Shown here in pieces: positions 20,082 to 30,391 of a stretch of 64,000 nt of DNA; within the stretch, counting starts at the first letter, position 1, and each line of letters begins with the position of its first letter. The position numbers and the translations under genes are program-made. Where the stretch lies: NCBI GenBank assembly GCA_964627935.1, contig CAZVLB010000007.1:98457-162456 (forward strand), written 5' to 3'. The notes under the pieces were generated by a model that was given only the letters and a program-made list of their open reading frames with translations, did no database searches and was not told the origin of the DNA. Origin of the DNA: an uncultured Ignavibacteria bacterium (lineage in GTDB: Bacteria > Zixibacteria > MSB-5A5 > JAABVY01).

Positions 20082-21319
20082 GATACCGGCTGTTTCTGCC
20101 TGTATGCTACGGGCACTTTCTCGCGGTTGACTGTTTCTTCCGGAACGTCTATTGCAGTTTTGCGTCCGGGTTTCCCGCGCACTGCCAGTTTACGCATGGC
20201 GGCATCATAGACCATATCGACTGATATAGAATTGATACATCCGCAGGGAGTGGTGCATCTGTTCTCGAATCCAAGGCTCAGGCATGGCAGGCAGTTGTTG
20301 GTTTGTGTCAGGATCAATGTGTCGTTCAATGGCCTCGGTCCCCAGCGATTGGGTGAGGTGGGACCGAACATGGCCACCATCTCAGCCCCACAGGCGGCCC
20401 CGAGATGCATAATGCCAGTATCGATCGATATCAGGAGGTCGGCGGCACCAAGCGCACAAGCCATCTCGCGCAGGTTAAGCTTGCCGGCAATTGATCGACA
20501 TGAGTTGCCATGACGGTTTATAATTCGGGCAATGTTCTCTGCACGCGGCATATCCTTTTTACCGCCGCTGATCATTACATTGTACCCGTCTTCACACAGC
20601 CGTTCGCCCAGTTCGGCCCAGCGCTCATCGGGCCATTCTTTAAGATAAGCCTTCGAACCGGCTGAGAATGGATGCATTATGATGTTGGATTTATGGAATG
20701 TGAAATATTGATTTTTCTTCTCTCTGTAATCCCCGTAGATTTTCAACGAGGGCTCAACTCCTGTCGGTTTAATTCCGGCCGCCCTTAAGAGATTGCGGTA
20801 ATTTTCGATTTCATGGTTGTTGTCGGAGTGATCCACGATTTTATCATAGATATAATGCCGGTGCATACCGGGACGTCTGAATCCGACCTTAAAACGGGAT
20901 TTGAGTGCATATGATATGATACTGTTAATCCTGGGCCAGGGGCCGAAATCAAAAAGCAGATCAAATCTGGCCAATTGCCTCAGAAGCTTGAGTGATTCCA
21001 GCGGTTTCTTCAGGTTGAACAGAACAACCTGGTCGATTTCGGAAATCATCTCGGCAATGGCTCGATTTGTGCCGGTGCAGACAAATGTAATATGGCTTTC
21101 GGGGTAGTGATGTCTCAATTCGCGGATCACGCCTGACACAAGCAATGTGTCGCCGATTCCCGCAGTTTTTAGAAGCACGATACGCGGATTTTTCTTTTGC
21201 AATATATCATCTGAAATACAACGTTTTCTACGCAAATGGCCGAGCGTGAAAATAAGCGGTATGCCCGCGTATTTATCACACAGCTTAAGCAGTCTGTTGC
21301 TACGTTCCTTCATACCCAT
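20078..21319 (-). CDS. Glycosyltransferase family 9 (LPS heptosyltransferase-like).
   Basis: The N-terminus IVLLKTAGIGDTLLVSGVIRELRHHYPESHITFVCT is typical of GT9. It overlaps the upstream ligase gene by 20 nt. Confidence 0.75.
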   Translation of the reverse strand: MGMKERSNRLLKLCDKYAGIPLIFTLGHLRRKRCISDDILQKKNPRIVLLKTAGIGDTLLVSGVIRELRHHYPESHITFVCTGTNRAIAEMISEIDQVVLFNLKKPLESLKLLRQLARFDLLFDFGPWPRINSIISYALKSRFKVGFRRPGMHRHYIYDKIVDHSDNNHEIENYRNLLRAAGIKPTGVEPSLKIYGDYREKKNQYFTFHKSNIIMHPFSAGSKAYLKEWPDERWAELGERLCEDGYNVMISGGKKDMPRAENIARIINRHGNSCRSIAGKLNLREMACALGAADLLISIDTGIMHLGAACGAEMVAMFGPTSPNRWGPRPLNDTLILTQTNNCLPCLSLGFENRCTTPCGCINSISVDMVYDAAMRKLAVRGKPGRKTAIDVPEETVNREKVPVAYRQKQPVS

Positions 21320-22625
21320 ACCCCTGTTTTGGCGTTTCCCCCATATTCTCCGAAATAAATACCAGCAGGATCATGACAGCCGGCATGCTGTGCCAGTATG
21401 TGATCACATCGGCCGATATCATATTCGAAACCAGCCCGATCCATAATGCAATCGCCAGCACCCCCAGCGAGCGGTAATTTTTAAGCTGGCTGAATCCTGA
21501 CCTGAGCCCCGTGAATATCAGATAAAGCAGCACCATCAAGCCAAACAGGCCCATCTCAAACAGCGCCTGATTGAAATTGTTGTCAGGCAAAGTCTCGTAA
21601 TGAAATTTGAGCGCCTTATAACCCAATCCAAATGGCCAGGCTGCTGCATTGTTTTTGTATAAGTGCCAGCTTTCCTCCCAGTGCACATTGCGATGAGCGG
21701 AGATTGTCTCGAAATCCTCGGTCAATCTGCCAAGGTCGGTCACTCGCTCGACCATATCCTGCGAGGCCAGCTGTATTCGTTCATTGTCAATCATCTTGAA
21801 TGCCGTGCCGGCCAGGATGACCATCGAGAGCACCGACAATGCCGCAACCTTGAACAGCTTACCGGGCCTGTTCAATAACGACACAAGCAGTATGACAATA
21901 CCGATCGCGGCCATGACCATGCCTCCGCGTGACAATGATACCATCAGCCCTGCGCCGCAGACTGCCAGGGTTAATAGTGACAGCTTGCCCAGGCCGCCAT
22001 ATTTGCCGCTATGGAAGATCAAGCCCCAGGCGGCGATGATAATTGCGATTCCCATGTAGCTTCCGAATGATCCCGAATTGCCATGAGTACCTGCCGCGCG
22101 GAATATCTCCATGCCATCCTCGAAAAATGTCTGCGATTCCCGCAGGGTGATACCATTGAGATACATGAACACGCCGACACCGGCAGTTACTGCCGCGCCA
22201 TACATGAACATCCTGATCACATCCTCACGCTTCAGGGAGCGGATAACCTGAGCGGCCAGAATCACTGGCAGTAGCATCTCCGACAATCGTACAAGACGCA
22301 GGAAAATACCCATTGTAAATGATTTTGTCATCAGGCTGAAGCTTATGAACGATAAAACGCCCGCAAATACCACAAGAACGAAGGCCCAAACTAACCTGGA
22401 TTTGATCTCAAAACCGTCTCTGGATAGATTGACCAGAATGCATATTGCGGTTGGGATTGCCAGAAGATCCAGTACTGTGATTTCGATTGAACCCAGGGGC
22501 ATCGGCGGCAATAAGGGCACAAGCACCAGGTAGCCGCCCAGAAGCCATTTCGGGCGATTCATAACTGCCGGTACCATGGCCAGCGCAATCAGAAGCGCCG
22601 GTATTGCCAGCATGAACATAGCCAT
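21300..22625 (-). CDS. O-antigen ligase/polymerase family membrane protein (Wzy_C / WaaL-like).
   Basis: It has about 11 TM helices. The Wzy_C-type loop is SLSRGGMVMAAIGIV. A large periplasmic loop is present. It overlaps the upstream GT4 gene by 1 nt. Confidence 0.7.
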   Translation of the reverse strand: MAMFMLAIPALLIALAMVPAVMNRPKWLLGGYLVLVPLLPPMPLGSIEITVLDLLAIPTAICILVNLSRDGFEIKSRLVWAFVLVVFAGVLSFISFSLMTKSFTMGIFLRLVRLSEMLLPVILAAQVIRSLKREDVIRMFMYGAAVTAGVGVFMYLNGITLRESQTFFEDGMEIFRAAGTHGNSGSFGSYMGIAIIIAAWGLIFHSGKYGGLGKLSLLTLAVCGAGLMVSLSRGGMVMAAIGIVILLVSLLNRPGKLFKVAALSVLSMVILAGTAFKMIDNERIQLASQDMVERVTDLGRLTEDFETISAHRNVHWEESWHLYKNNAAAWPFGLGYKALKFHYETLPDNNFNQALFEMGLFGLMVLLYLIFTGLRSGFSQLKNYRSLGVLAIALWIGLVSNMISADVITYWHSMPAVMILLVFISENMGETPKQGYGYEGT

Positions 22626-23887
22626 CAGATAACTGCCCCTTGTTCTTCTTTATGCAAGAGCCTGTCATATTCCCTGATGATATTTTTTACAACCGCGTTT
22701 ATCGAAAATCTATTTTCGGCAATCCTTCGCGCCTCTTTGCCCATCTCCAATCGTTTTTCCGGATCCTCGATAAGTTCACGCATATATCTGCAGAGGGCAT
22801 GATGATCGCGTGCAGGAAAAAGAAGCCCGGATTTTTTATCATCCACCAATGCGCTGTTGGCGGGAATATCGGATACCAGCGCGGGAAGCCCGCAGGCCAT
22901 CGATTCCAGAAGCGAATTGGACATCCCCTCCCAGAATGATGTCAGAACGAAAACATCGGAGGCCTGCAGATAATCGATCACATTGGGGACAGTGCCCTTA
23001 AATGACAGAGTAACCATATTTTTCTCGCGGGCATACATGCGCAGCTCTTTTTCACTGGAATAAACCTGCCCCTTGGAATCGCCCAGCAGAATCAGGTTCA
23101 GGTTGCCGTAATCACTCGCTTCGCTCAGCTTATGCCAGGCTTTAAGCAGAGTCATCAGGTTTTTCTCCACAGCAAACCTGCCGGCATACAGGAATATTAC
23201 AGCGTCCTGCGATAATGACAGCTTCTCCCGCAATTCCCGTTTTTGAATCGTGTCAACCGGATGAAAATGATCTGTATCAATACCGTTGGGCACATTGGTT
23301 ACCCTCGAATAGCCGATATCATTTAACCGCGCAATAATTTCCGGTGATATGGCCAGCACCCTGTCGGCCCGTCGAATCATGCTTTTGCGGGCATAGCGTA
23401 AAAACGGCAGCATGGCCGGACGGATTATGCGATTGGAAATACCACCGCCGCGTGTCGGTTTCAGGTTATGTCCCTTGCTGGCGCCCGAATAATTCAGAAA
23501 ATTTGGGTTGGTCAGCTTCATCAGGTACGGTTTGTGGGTAAATCTATGTGCCAGCATGGCCGACCATTCGAAGGGATTGTTGCCATGGCAGTGAAGCAGG
23601 TCGTATTCATCCTTGTGCTGCACGAGCCATCTGGCCGCCGGTAATGTCGATTTCAGTTTGGCTGCACCGGTGGTGCCATCAAAGGGCAGACGGTTGATCT
23701 TTATTCCACGGTATGTTTCCACGAGTGGCAGGTCGTTTTTGCTCTGACGGGTCAGGACACTGACGTGATAGCCATATTTCTGAAGTTCCAGGCTGATGCG
23801 CAAGGCCTGCTGTTCGGCCCCGCCCAGCACCGGATAAAACTGATCAATCAGCATCAAAATTCTATTCATTTTGTTACTCTCGGCCAT
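22625..23887 (-). CDS. Glycosyltransferase family 4 (GT-B).
   Basis: The motif FLYAGRFAVEKN...VLTSFWEGMSNSLLESMACGLPALVSD (EX7E) is present. Confidence 0.8.
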   Translation of the reverse strand: MAESNKMNRILMLIDQFYPVLGGAEQQALRISLELQKYGYHVSVLTRQSKNDLPLVETYRGIKINRLPFDGTTGAAKLKSTLPAARWLVQHKDEYDLLHCHGNNPFEWSAMLAHRFTHKPYLMKLTNPNFLNYSGASKGHNLKPTRGGGISNRIIRPAMLPFLRYARKSMIRRADRVLAISPEIIARLNDIGYSRVTNVPNGIDTDHFHPVDTIQKRELREKLSLSQDAVIFLYAGRFAVEKNLMTLLKAWHKLSEASDYGNLNLILLGDSKGQVYSSEKELRMYAREKNMVTLSFKGTVPNVIDYLQASDVFVLTSFWEGMSNSLLESMACGLPALVSDIPANSALVDDKKSGLLFPARDHHALCRYMRELIEDPEKRLEMGKEARRIAENRFSINAVVKNIIREYDRLLHKEEQGAVI

Positions 23888-24022
23888 CTATCCTCCACAA
23901 TCGCATAGCATTCATATTTTTATGCGGCCTGTCTTTTGTGATGCTGTCCCCTTTTAGGCGCGGAAACATAAAATGCTCCCCCTTTTGATCACTCACCTTA
24001 ATATTTTATTCGGCACTGATGG

Positions 24023-25405
24023 TCAGCTCTTAAGCTCCGAAACCATATGCAGAAATTTACCTGTGCGTGTTTCCGCTATTTTATCAACGAAATCATAATC
24101 CACCCTGCAATCATCGCCCATCACCAGACGGACCTGTTCTTTGATCTGATCCAGGTGACGATCGGAAGTCTCTCCCTCACGAACCATTTTGATCACGACT
24201 TTATCGTAGTCTTTTTGAACCACCTGGAATCTTTTGATTCCGGCCGAGCGATGAACCACACCGATCAGATGCGCGAAATAAACCGGTGAGATAACCCTGC
24301 CGTCCGTGGTACGCAAAACCTCGCTGGTACGCCCACTGACACTTTGCAATCTGGGGTAGCTGCATCCGCACTCGCAGTTTCTTTCGGATTTCATCACACC
24401 CAGATCACCGATCCGATAGCGTACAATCGGCATGGAATGATTATCCAGATTGGTTACAAGTATCTCCCCTTCTGTCCCGGGATCGCATGGATTACCCTCA
24501 TGATCGACTATTTCGATGAAATTATGATCCATCAGCAGATGCATACCGTCATGCGCCTCGCATTCCGAGGCGATACTGCCCACCTCACGGCAGCCGTAGT
24601 GATTAAATACCGGGCAGGCAAAGACCTTTTCGATTGTGGCGCGCATATAATCATGCAATGTGCCCGCCGCACAATGAATCGCACGTTGAGGCCGGACCTC
24701 GATTGCTTTGCGATCAGCGTAGGCGGCAATTTCATAGATGCCATCGGCATAAGCGCGAATCATGCGCGGGCGATGATTATTGAGGATCCTGATATATCGT
24801 TCCATGTCAGCGGGACTCATATTGAAGCTGTTGATCACTATGCGGTTGCTCAGGAAATCGCGGATATGATTGCGCAATGGTTTGCGTCCCTTGAATGTAT
24901 CCCTTTCTGAGCCCCAGATATAAATTTCACTGTCATATGGTCCCACACCTTTCCAGCTCCTGGGCAAGAGAAATGTCGCGCCTTCGCTGATCAGATAGTC
25001 CTGATCCTGCAAAATCCTGACCGGCTCACCTGTCGAACCGCCCGAGGAGTTCATATATGATTTTCTCTGTGCATGATCACGGGCATGTAATTTTGAGCCC
25101 TGCTCACTGATCATCTGCCTGGTCAAGGGCGGTACTCTTGTGAAATCATCGAAATCTTTCAAGCATACACGGCCCCTCTTGAATTGCACATAATCCATCA
25201 GGATCTCTTTGTAGTACGGCACATTATCGAAGGCATGGTTTAAGAGCGCATTCAGGCGTTTAAGCAAACGATCATCCAGCTCCATGCGGCTCAATTTTTG
25301 ATGTTGCTTATAATGCTCGAATTTCTCAAGAATCTGCCGCCTGTTGCGGTAGCAGAAAAACCTGATTATCTTTTGCAACCCATCCATAGCTTTCACCTGT
25401 GTCAC
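24023..25405 (-). CDS. CapK-like / phenylacetate-CoA-ligase-family adenylate-forming enzyme (coenzyme F390 synthetase-like).
   Basis: The AMP-binding core is YMNSSGGSTGEPV. Overall it resembles PaaK/CapK capsule-locus adenylating enzymes. Confidence 0.65.
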   Translation of the reverse strand: MTQVKAMDGLQKIIRFFCYRNRRQILEKFEHYKQHQKLSRMELDDRLLKRLNALLNHAFDNVPYYKEILMDYVQFKRGRVCLKDFDDFTRVPPLTRQMISEQGSKLHARDHAQRKSYMNSSGGSTGEPVRILQDQDYLISEGATFLLPRSWKGVGPYDSEIYIWGSERDTFKGRKPLRNHIRDFLSNRIVINSFNMSPADMERYIRILNNHRPRMIRAYADGIYEIAAYADRKAIEVRPQRAIHCAAGTLHDYMRATIEKVFACPVFNHYGCREVGSIASECEAHDGMHLLMDHNFIEIVDHEGNPCDPGTEGEILVTNLDNHSMPIVRYRIGDLGVMKSERNCECGCSYPRLQSVSGRTSEVLRTTDGRVISPVYFAHLIGVVHRSAGIKRFQVVQKDYDKVVIKMVREGETSDRHLDQIKEQVRLVMGDDCRVDYDFVDKIAETRTGKFLHMVSELKS

Positions 25406-25431
25406 GACAAAACATTATTCCAGTTTCATAA

Positions 25432-27078
25432 TTATTTTTGATCAATGCTGTTCTTCGCAGATACTTTAAATCGATCCTTATCTAAACCTATTTCGACTTT
25501 GTTCACCAATGCTTCCCCTTTTCGTTTCATAGTTATTTTACTCCAGATACCGCCTAGAAATTCTCTCTCGCCTTCATCTATGAAATGGCTTTTTGCATAA
25601 ACATATCCAATCGCTATGGTAGTAACCGCCAGAGATAGCTTTAATGCTATGCTGTCAAGAGCGGAAATGAGAAAAGCGGATAGAATTATTGCCACAGACC
25701 AGACCAGCAAATCCGCTTTTGGCTTAACTTGCCTTTCAGGGGGTACCGGAGAGAGCCGGTAATAGAGATAGAAGTATAATCCGGAGTCAATCACAACCCT
25801 GGCTGTCCATGCTACGGCGGCACCGATAATCCCCATCCAGTTGATGAAGAAATACAGCATAACGGCATATAAAGGTAACTCGGCCAGATGAAGTTTGGCT
25901 GTAACATCCGGTCTGCCCATCGCCTGGATAGCGCTTGAAGGTACCTGAGATATAGAATTTATCAGCTTACCAACTGCCAGAATCTGCAGTATAACGGCAC
26001 TATAAAGCACAAATTCTTCACCGAGCCAGAGCTGGAAAAAGGGCCTGGCAATAGTAACCGCAGCAAAAACAACAGGCACCAGAATTATGAGCAGGTATTT
26101 TAAAGAACGGTTAAACAGATCCATCATCTTTTCATGTTGTCCAGATGAAAAAGCGCTGAAAGCAGGGAAGACTACCCCCAAAAAACTGCCGGTTATGATC
26201 AGCATCTTGGCAACCAGCTCGTAGGGAGTCACATAATACGCTACCGCGCTCATGGTCAGCATAGCGCCAATTACAAACCTGTCCATATAGTTCATGAATG
26301 GCCAAACCAGATGAGAGATAGTCAGCCAGCCTCCATAGCCGAGAAGTCTTTTAATCAGATCCTTATCGGGAAAACAGATTTTGCTCAGTCCACTGGTTGA
26401 CCTGAAACACAGGAATAAATAGGCCAGTAATCCGGCCAGTCGGCTGAGAATCAGGACGGCAACTATCGGTACCAGGCTGTTCGTGAATATCAGGATAAAT
26501 AGCGGCGACACGAATGCGGCTGCATATACCGGTATCTTGACAATGTTAACATAATCGAAGCGTTGCTGAGCCTCCAGGACCCCACGTGCCCCGGCAGTCA
26601 TAGATACAACAGGAATGGATAATGCCAGCAGGTAAAATGCAGTCCGTGATTCATCTATCAAATCGGCGGGAATGTTGAGTACCGATTTAATCAGGACCGG
26701 AGTCAGGAGAAGCGCAATCAATGAACCCAGCATGCCAAAGCCAAGCATCAGAAGCAATGATGCCCAAATAATTCTTCTGACCTTATCATGCTCTTCAAGC
26801 GGCAAATATTCCGCTACAAACTTTGTGGTAGCCCGTCCCAGGCCCATATCGAACAGGCTGAAATACCCAACAACCATCCATGCCAGGGTTAATACTCCAA
26901 AGCGTCCCACACCCATGCTATTGATCATGACAGGAATAGTGACAACTGCCACAATCATGGGGACAATCTGACCAACAAGGTTAAGTGCCGTGTTTTTGGC
27001 CAGAAGTCTGCCACCTGTAAGCGCAGATAAAGCGGACTTACCGGTTTCGTGCCTGTGATTATTGTATTCCCGCTGCAT
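25432..27078 (-). CDS. Wzx-type polysaccharide flippase (MOP superfamily).
   Basis: It has 12-14 TM helices. The N-terminus LAKNTALNLVGQIVPMIVAVVTIPVMINSMGVGRFGVLTL is typical of Polysacc_synt. A soluble C-terminal tail follows. Confidence 0.75.
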   Translation of the reverse strand: MQREYNNHRHETGKSALSALTGGRLLAKNTALNLVGQIVPMIVAVVTIPVMINSMGVGRFGVLTLAWMVVGYFSLFDMGLGRATTKFVAEYLPLEEHDKVRRIIWASLLLMLGFGMLGSLIALLLTPVLIKSVLNIPADLIDESRTAFYLLALSIPVVSMTAGARGVLEAQQRFDYVNIVKIPVYAAAFVSPLFILIFTNSLVPIVAVLILSRLAGLLAYLFLCFRSTSGLSKICFPDKDLIKRLLGYGGWLTISHLVWPFMNYMDRFVIGAMLTMSAVAYYVTPYELVAKMLIITGSFLGVVFPAFSAFSSGQHEKMMDLFNRSLKYLLIILVPVVFAAVTIARPFFQLWLGEEFVLYSAVILQILAVGKLINSISQVPSSAIQAMGRPDVTAKLHLAELPLYAVMLYFFINWMGIIGAAVAWTARVVIDSGLYFYLYYRLSPVPPERQVKPKADLLVWSVAIILSAFLISALDSIALKLSLAVTTIAIGYVYAKSHFIDEGEREFLGGIWSKITMKRKGEALVNKVEIGLDKDRFKVSAKNSIDQK

Positions 27079-27118
27079 GGAGATTACTTACGCGCCATCC
27101 TATGACAATCGGCTTGTT

Positions 27119-27895
27119 TTAGTTCTTATTGATTCGAGCAACAAAATATAGAATTGATCTGCTATTAATCTGTCCCCGGTTCTTGATCATCCTGAAGAGC
27201 CATGTACCAATGGCATTCAAAAAGGGTGATTTGAACCAGCAATAGGGAACTATGCCCATTTCTTCTATACTCAAGCTATCCGGGAGAAATGCCCTGATTT
27301 CGGCCTCATTCTGAAATGAGTGCTGGTGTCCATAAGGGTGAAACTTATGCCTGCAACTGGGACAAATCACGCTGTGTTCATCAAGATTCTCCTGATATGG
27401 AATTGTGGCTACCAGCAATCCGCCATCCGCAAGCATTGTCTCTATATTAGTCATTGCTGAGTTCAAATCAGGTACATGCTCGAGCACATCAAAACAGGTA
27501 ATAAGATCATAGCAATCCGGGCTAACATCCATATCCGACAGATCATCTACATGGAGACTGATATTTTTGTCTTCATTATCAAAACATCGGCGAAGATATT
27601 CCACGGCATAGCCTGATATATCGATTCCGGATGTTTTCATCCCCAGGGAATATAACTTTTCAAGAGTATAGCCCTCTCCTAAGCCTATATCGCAGGTCCT
27701 GAGGCCCGGTTTTAGATAGCGTGCTATTTTTTTGAAGACATAATCTATTTTCAACCGATTGCCGCGCCATACCCTTCTTTCTCCCTGAAGGTTCTTTTCT
27801 GCCAGGTAATCATCAAGAGACTGATTCTCGGGTTCCTTTGTCTTTTGCAGATTCATGTCAGCTCCTCTTATTGCTAATGGCGGGATAAGGCTCAT
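27119..27895 (-). CDS. Class I SAM-dependent methyltransferase.
   Basis: Motif I is CDIGLGEGYTL. DISGYAVE and a post-I acidic residue are present, and FDVLEHVPDL is the Methyltransf_11/23-like region. Confidence 0.7.
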   Translation of the reverse strand: MSLIPPLAIRGADMNLQKTKEPENQSLDDYLAEKNLQGERRVWRGNRLKIDYVFKKIARYLKPGLRTCDIGLGEGYTLEKLYSLGMKTSGIDISGYAVEYLRRCFDNEDKNISLHVDDLSDMDVSPDCYDLITCFDVLEHVPDLNSAMTNIETMLADGGLLVATIPYQENLDEHSVICPSCRHKFHPYGHQHSFQNEAEIRAFLPDSLSIEEMGIVPYCWFKSPFLNAIGTWLFRMIKNRGQINSRSILYFVARINKN

Positions 27896-28232
27896 TCCTG
27901 TTGCCTATGAGTCCAGAACCCATGCTATCCGCCCAACTTCATAATCCCATTATTTTAAAGAGTCTTTGTTTCAGTTTTAATCCGTCTGTTGAAAATGGAA
28001 CGGACTATCCCAAAATCCAGGTTATTGATTTTAAATCGTCTTTGTGATTTCTTTCGGCATCAGGGGCAGATTCCCTTAGACTGTTCAGAAAAAAAACAGA
28101 AATCTAATAAACGGTTCAACTTGAAAAGATTGTCCCCAATCTCGCGTATCGTTCGGGATAAATTAGCCGCTTAACCGATACCGCCTTTCTGCCGATCTAA
28201 TCAAAAAACTCCAAATCCCAGAGGACTCCGTC

Positions 28233-29390
28233 TTGATATACCTTAACAATTCGGCAACCAGCTACCCGAAACCGGAGATAGTCAGATGTGCCGTAAGGGA
28301 ATACATGGAACAGATTCCCGGCGACCATTCCCGCAGCGGCTACGAAATCTCCTACACCAATCCGGTTGCGGAATGCCGCAATAAACTGGCCCGACTCTTT
28401 AGTTCAGATCATCCCGAACGAATCGTATTCACCTCCGGCTCGACCGAATCGATAAACCTGGCCATCAATGGCCTGGAATTGAATAATTGCCATGTAATCA
28501 CCACTGAAATCGAACACAACTCAGTCCTGCGCCCATTAATGCATCTCAAGGACCGGGGCAGAGTCGAACTTACCATAGTTGACTGCGACCTGACCGGAAA
28601 TGTGCTGCCGGAGGATATCGAAGCCGCAGTCCGGCCGGATACCGCGCTGGTAGTTGTGAACCATTGCTCCAATGTGACCGGCAGAGTTCTGGATATCGCC
28701 GGAATATGCAAGGTGGCCCATCAGCACGGCATACCTGTTCTGGTCGATGCCTCCCAGTCGGCCGGAATGATTGCGATTGATGCCAAAAAGCTGGAAATCG
28801 ATATGCTGGCCTTCACCGGACACAAATTCCTTTATAGCCTGCCGGGGATTGGGGGATTATATGTAAGGCCCGGAATAGATTTAAAGCCGCTGAAGGTTGG
28901 TGGAACCGGCGTGCGCAGTGATCTTCTTCTGCATCCGGAGGAAATGCCCACTCGCCTGGAAGCCGGTACCCTTAATTACCCGGGCATAGTCTCGCTTCTG
29001 GCAGGTTTGGAATTCATCGAGCAAACTGGTATAGACAGGATTCGCAGACGGATCACCGGCCTGGTTTCCGGCCTGATTAAACGGCTGGTCATGAATCCGG
29101 AGATTATATTTATCGGGCTCAGCGCCAACACCAGCAACCACAGCATGTTGAGCTTCAATATCCGTAGCATGGATGCATCCGAGGCCGGATATATACTCGA
29201 AAACTCATTCGCCATACTTGTAAGAAGCGGGCTTCATTGCGCGCCTTTGATTCACAAGGCCCTGGGCACCCATCCATGCGGCGCGATTCGTGTCAGCCCC
29301 TCTTATTTTACTACAGAGGATGAGCTGGACTGCCTGATCGATGCTCTTGAGAAAATCTGCAAGGGAGCCGCGGTTTATGCGCATAGTTGA
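28233..29390 (+). CDS. Cysteine desulfurase-like class V aminotransferase (SufS/CsdA-type PLP enzyme).
   Basis: The PLP lysine lies in AFTGHKFLYSLPG. The catalytic Cys loop is RSGLHCAPL (compare SufS RTGHHCA). The N-terminus LNNSATSYPKPEIV matches. The start is TTG, with AGAGGA 8 nt upstream. Confidence 0.8.
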   Translation: MIYLNNSATSYPKPEIVRCAVREYMEQIPGDHSRSGYEISYTNPVAECRNKLARLFSSDHPERIVFTSGSTESINLAINGLELNNCHVITTEIEHNSVLRPLMHLKDRGRVELTIVDCDLTGNVLPEDIEAAVRPDTALVVVNHCSNVTGRVLDIAGICKVAHQHGIPVLVDASQSAGMIAIDAKKLEIDMLAFTGHKFLYSLPGIGGLYVRPGIDLKPLKVGGTGVRSDLLLHPEEMPTRLEAGTLNYPGIVSLLAGLEFIEQTGIDRIRRRITGLVSGLIKRLVMNPEIIFIGLSANTSNHSMLSFNIRSMDASEAGYILENSFAILVRSGLHCAPLIHKALGTHPCGAIRVSPSYFTTEDELDCLIDALEKICKGAAVYAHS

Positions 29391-29673
29391 AATCAGGAAT
29401 CTGGATGATTGCTTTGATCAGGGAATCATGAAAGAAATTCTCTTCGATCAGGAGGTCGACAGTGATTTCATAGAGTTTCTCGGCAATCAGGGTGATTTGA
29501 GCTATTATCCCGATTTCGGCCGGCCATATTACCGCATGGACAGTCCCAACGGCTATATCATCAAAGGTGTTGAGGGGAATAACCACTCGCGGGTCATATT
29601 GTCACGCGATCATCCGACAGATAATATCGAAAGCATAATAGAGTTGATAAAACATTACGATCAAATCTGTTAA
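29377..29673 (+). CDS. Hypothetical 98-aa protein overlapping the 3' end of the desulfurase gene.
   Basis: AAGGGAGC lies 9 nt upstream of ATG 29377 (MRIVEIRNLDDCF...). It overlaps the desulfurase stop by 14 nt, indicating coupling. I recognise no domain. The N-terminal extension in the ORF track (29341) lacks an RBS. Confidence 0.4.
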   Translation: MRIVEIRNLDDCFDQGIMKEILFDQEVDSDFIEFLGNQGDLSYYPDFGRPYYRMDSPNGYIIKGVEGNNHSRVILSRDHPTDNIESIIELIKHYDQIC

Positions 29674-29815
29674 CGCATCATTACGAAACGCAGGGCATTA
29701 TTTTTTTTTAATCCCTGTAGATTAATTCAGTATATCGATTATCATCCGATAATCTATATAAATAGATAGTAAACGGATTTCATTGTAAACATAAACGGCT
29801 CAGAAAAATAGCTCA

Positions 29816-30376
29816 ATGCAGACAACGACTACGAAAAAGATGTCATCCTGCGGGTCGGAAGTTGTGCTTAAGACCTCTCAGAAGTTTGATTCCGATAGAA
29901 TGCGTCATTATCTCAATGGCCGCCAGACTGTTCTGCATTGCCATCACTACCTGACATTGTTCACCCAGATGGCCTGGGATGCGGAAAATTTCAATGGTCC
30001 CAAGCTCTTGATACAGTCCAGTGCGGAAACATTCTACTCCATGCTCTGGGATTACTATAAGAAAAATCGCATTACGGAAATTTGCGACAGAATTTCAATT
30101 GCCGAACAATATTTCAGATTTGTCGGGCTCGGTTCGATTCGATTCGAGTTCTGGGGCCGGAATGGCCTGGCTACGATGCCATATTCGCATATTGACGAGG
30201 GCTGGATGAAAAAATGGGGCCAGGCACAGAAACGTGTTAATTTTATCGGTCAGGGCTATATCCAAGCGGCCTGCGCCGCCATATTTGATCTGCGTTCACC
30301 GGATAAGATTAATGTCGAGGAAACCCAGAGTATTGTTTGTGGAGCCTCAACCTCCAGCTTCACCATCAACTGGTAA
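29816..30376 (+). CDS. Hypothetical protein, tentatively V4R-like (COG1719-type small-molecule-binding fold).
   Basis: It has Cys/His-rich motifs (LHCHHY; C-terminal EETQSIVCGASTSSFTI, resembling the V4R E..C..G...C.F tail). It is paralogous in length and layout to the next ORF. The family assignment is unverified. Confidence 0.45.
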   Translation: MQTTTTKKMSSCGSEVVLKTSQKFDSDRMRHYLNGRQTVLHCHHYLTLFTQMAWDAENFNGPKLLIQSSAETFYSMLWDYYKKNRITEICDRISIAEQYFRFVGLGSIRFEFWGRNGLATMPYSHIDEGWMKKWGQAQKRVNFIGQGYIQAACAAIFDLRSPDKINVEETQSIVCGASTSSFTINW

Positions 30377-30391
30377 AGGAAGCATGATACA

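Noticed and set aside
24344-24910. 188-aa ORF antisense within the CapK-like gene.
   Set aside because: Shadow ORF of a well-supported coding region. No motifs.
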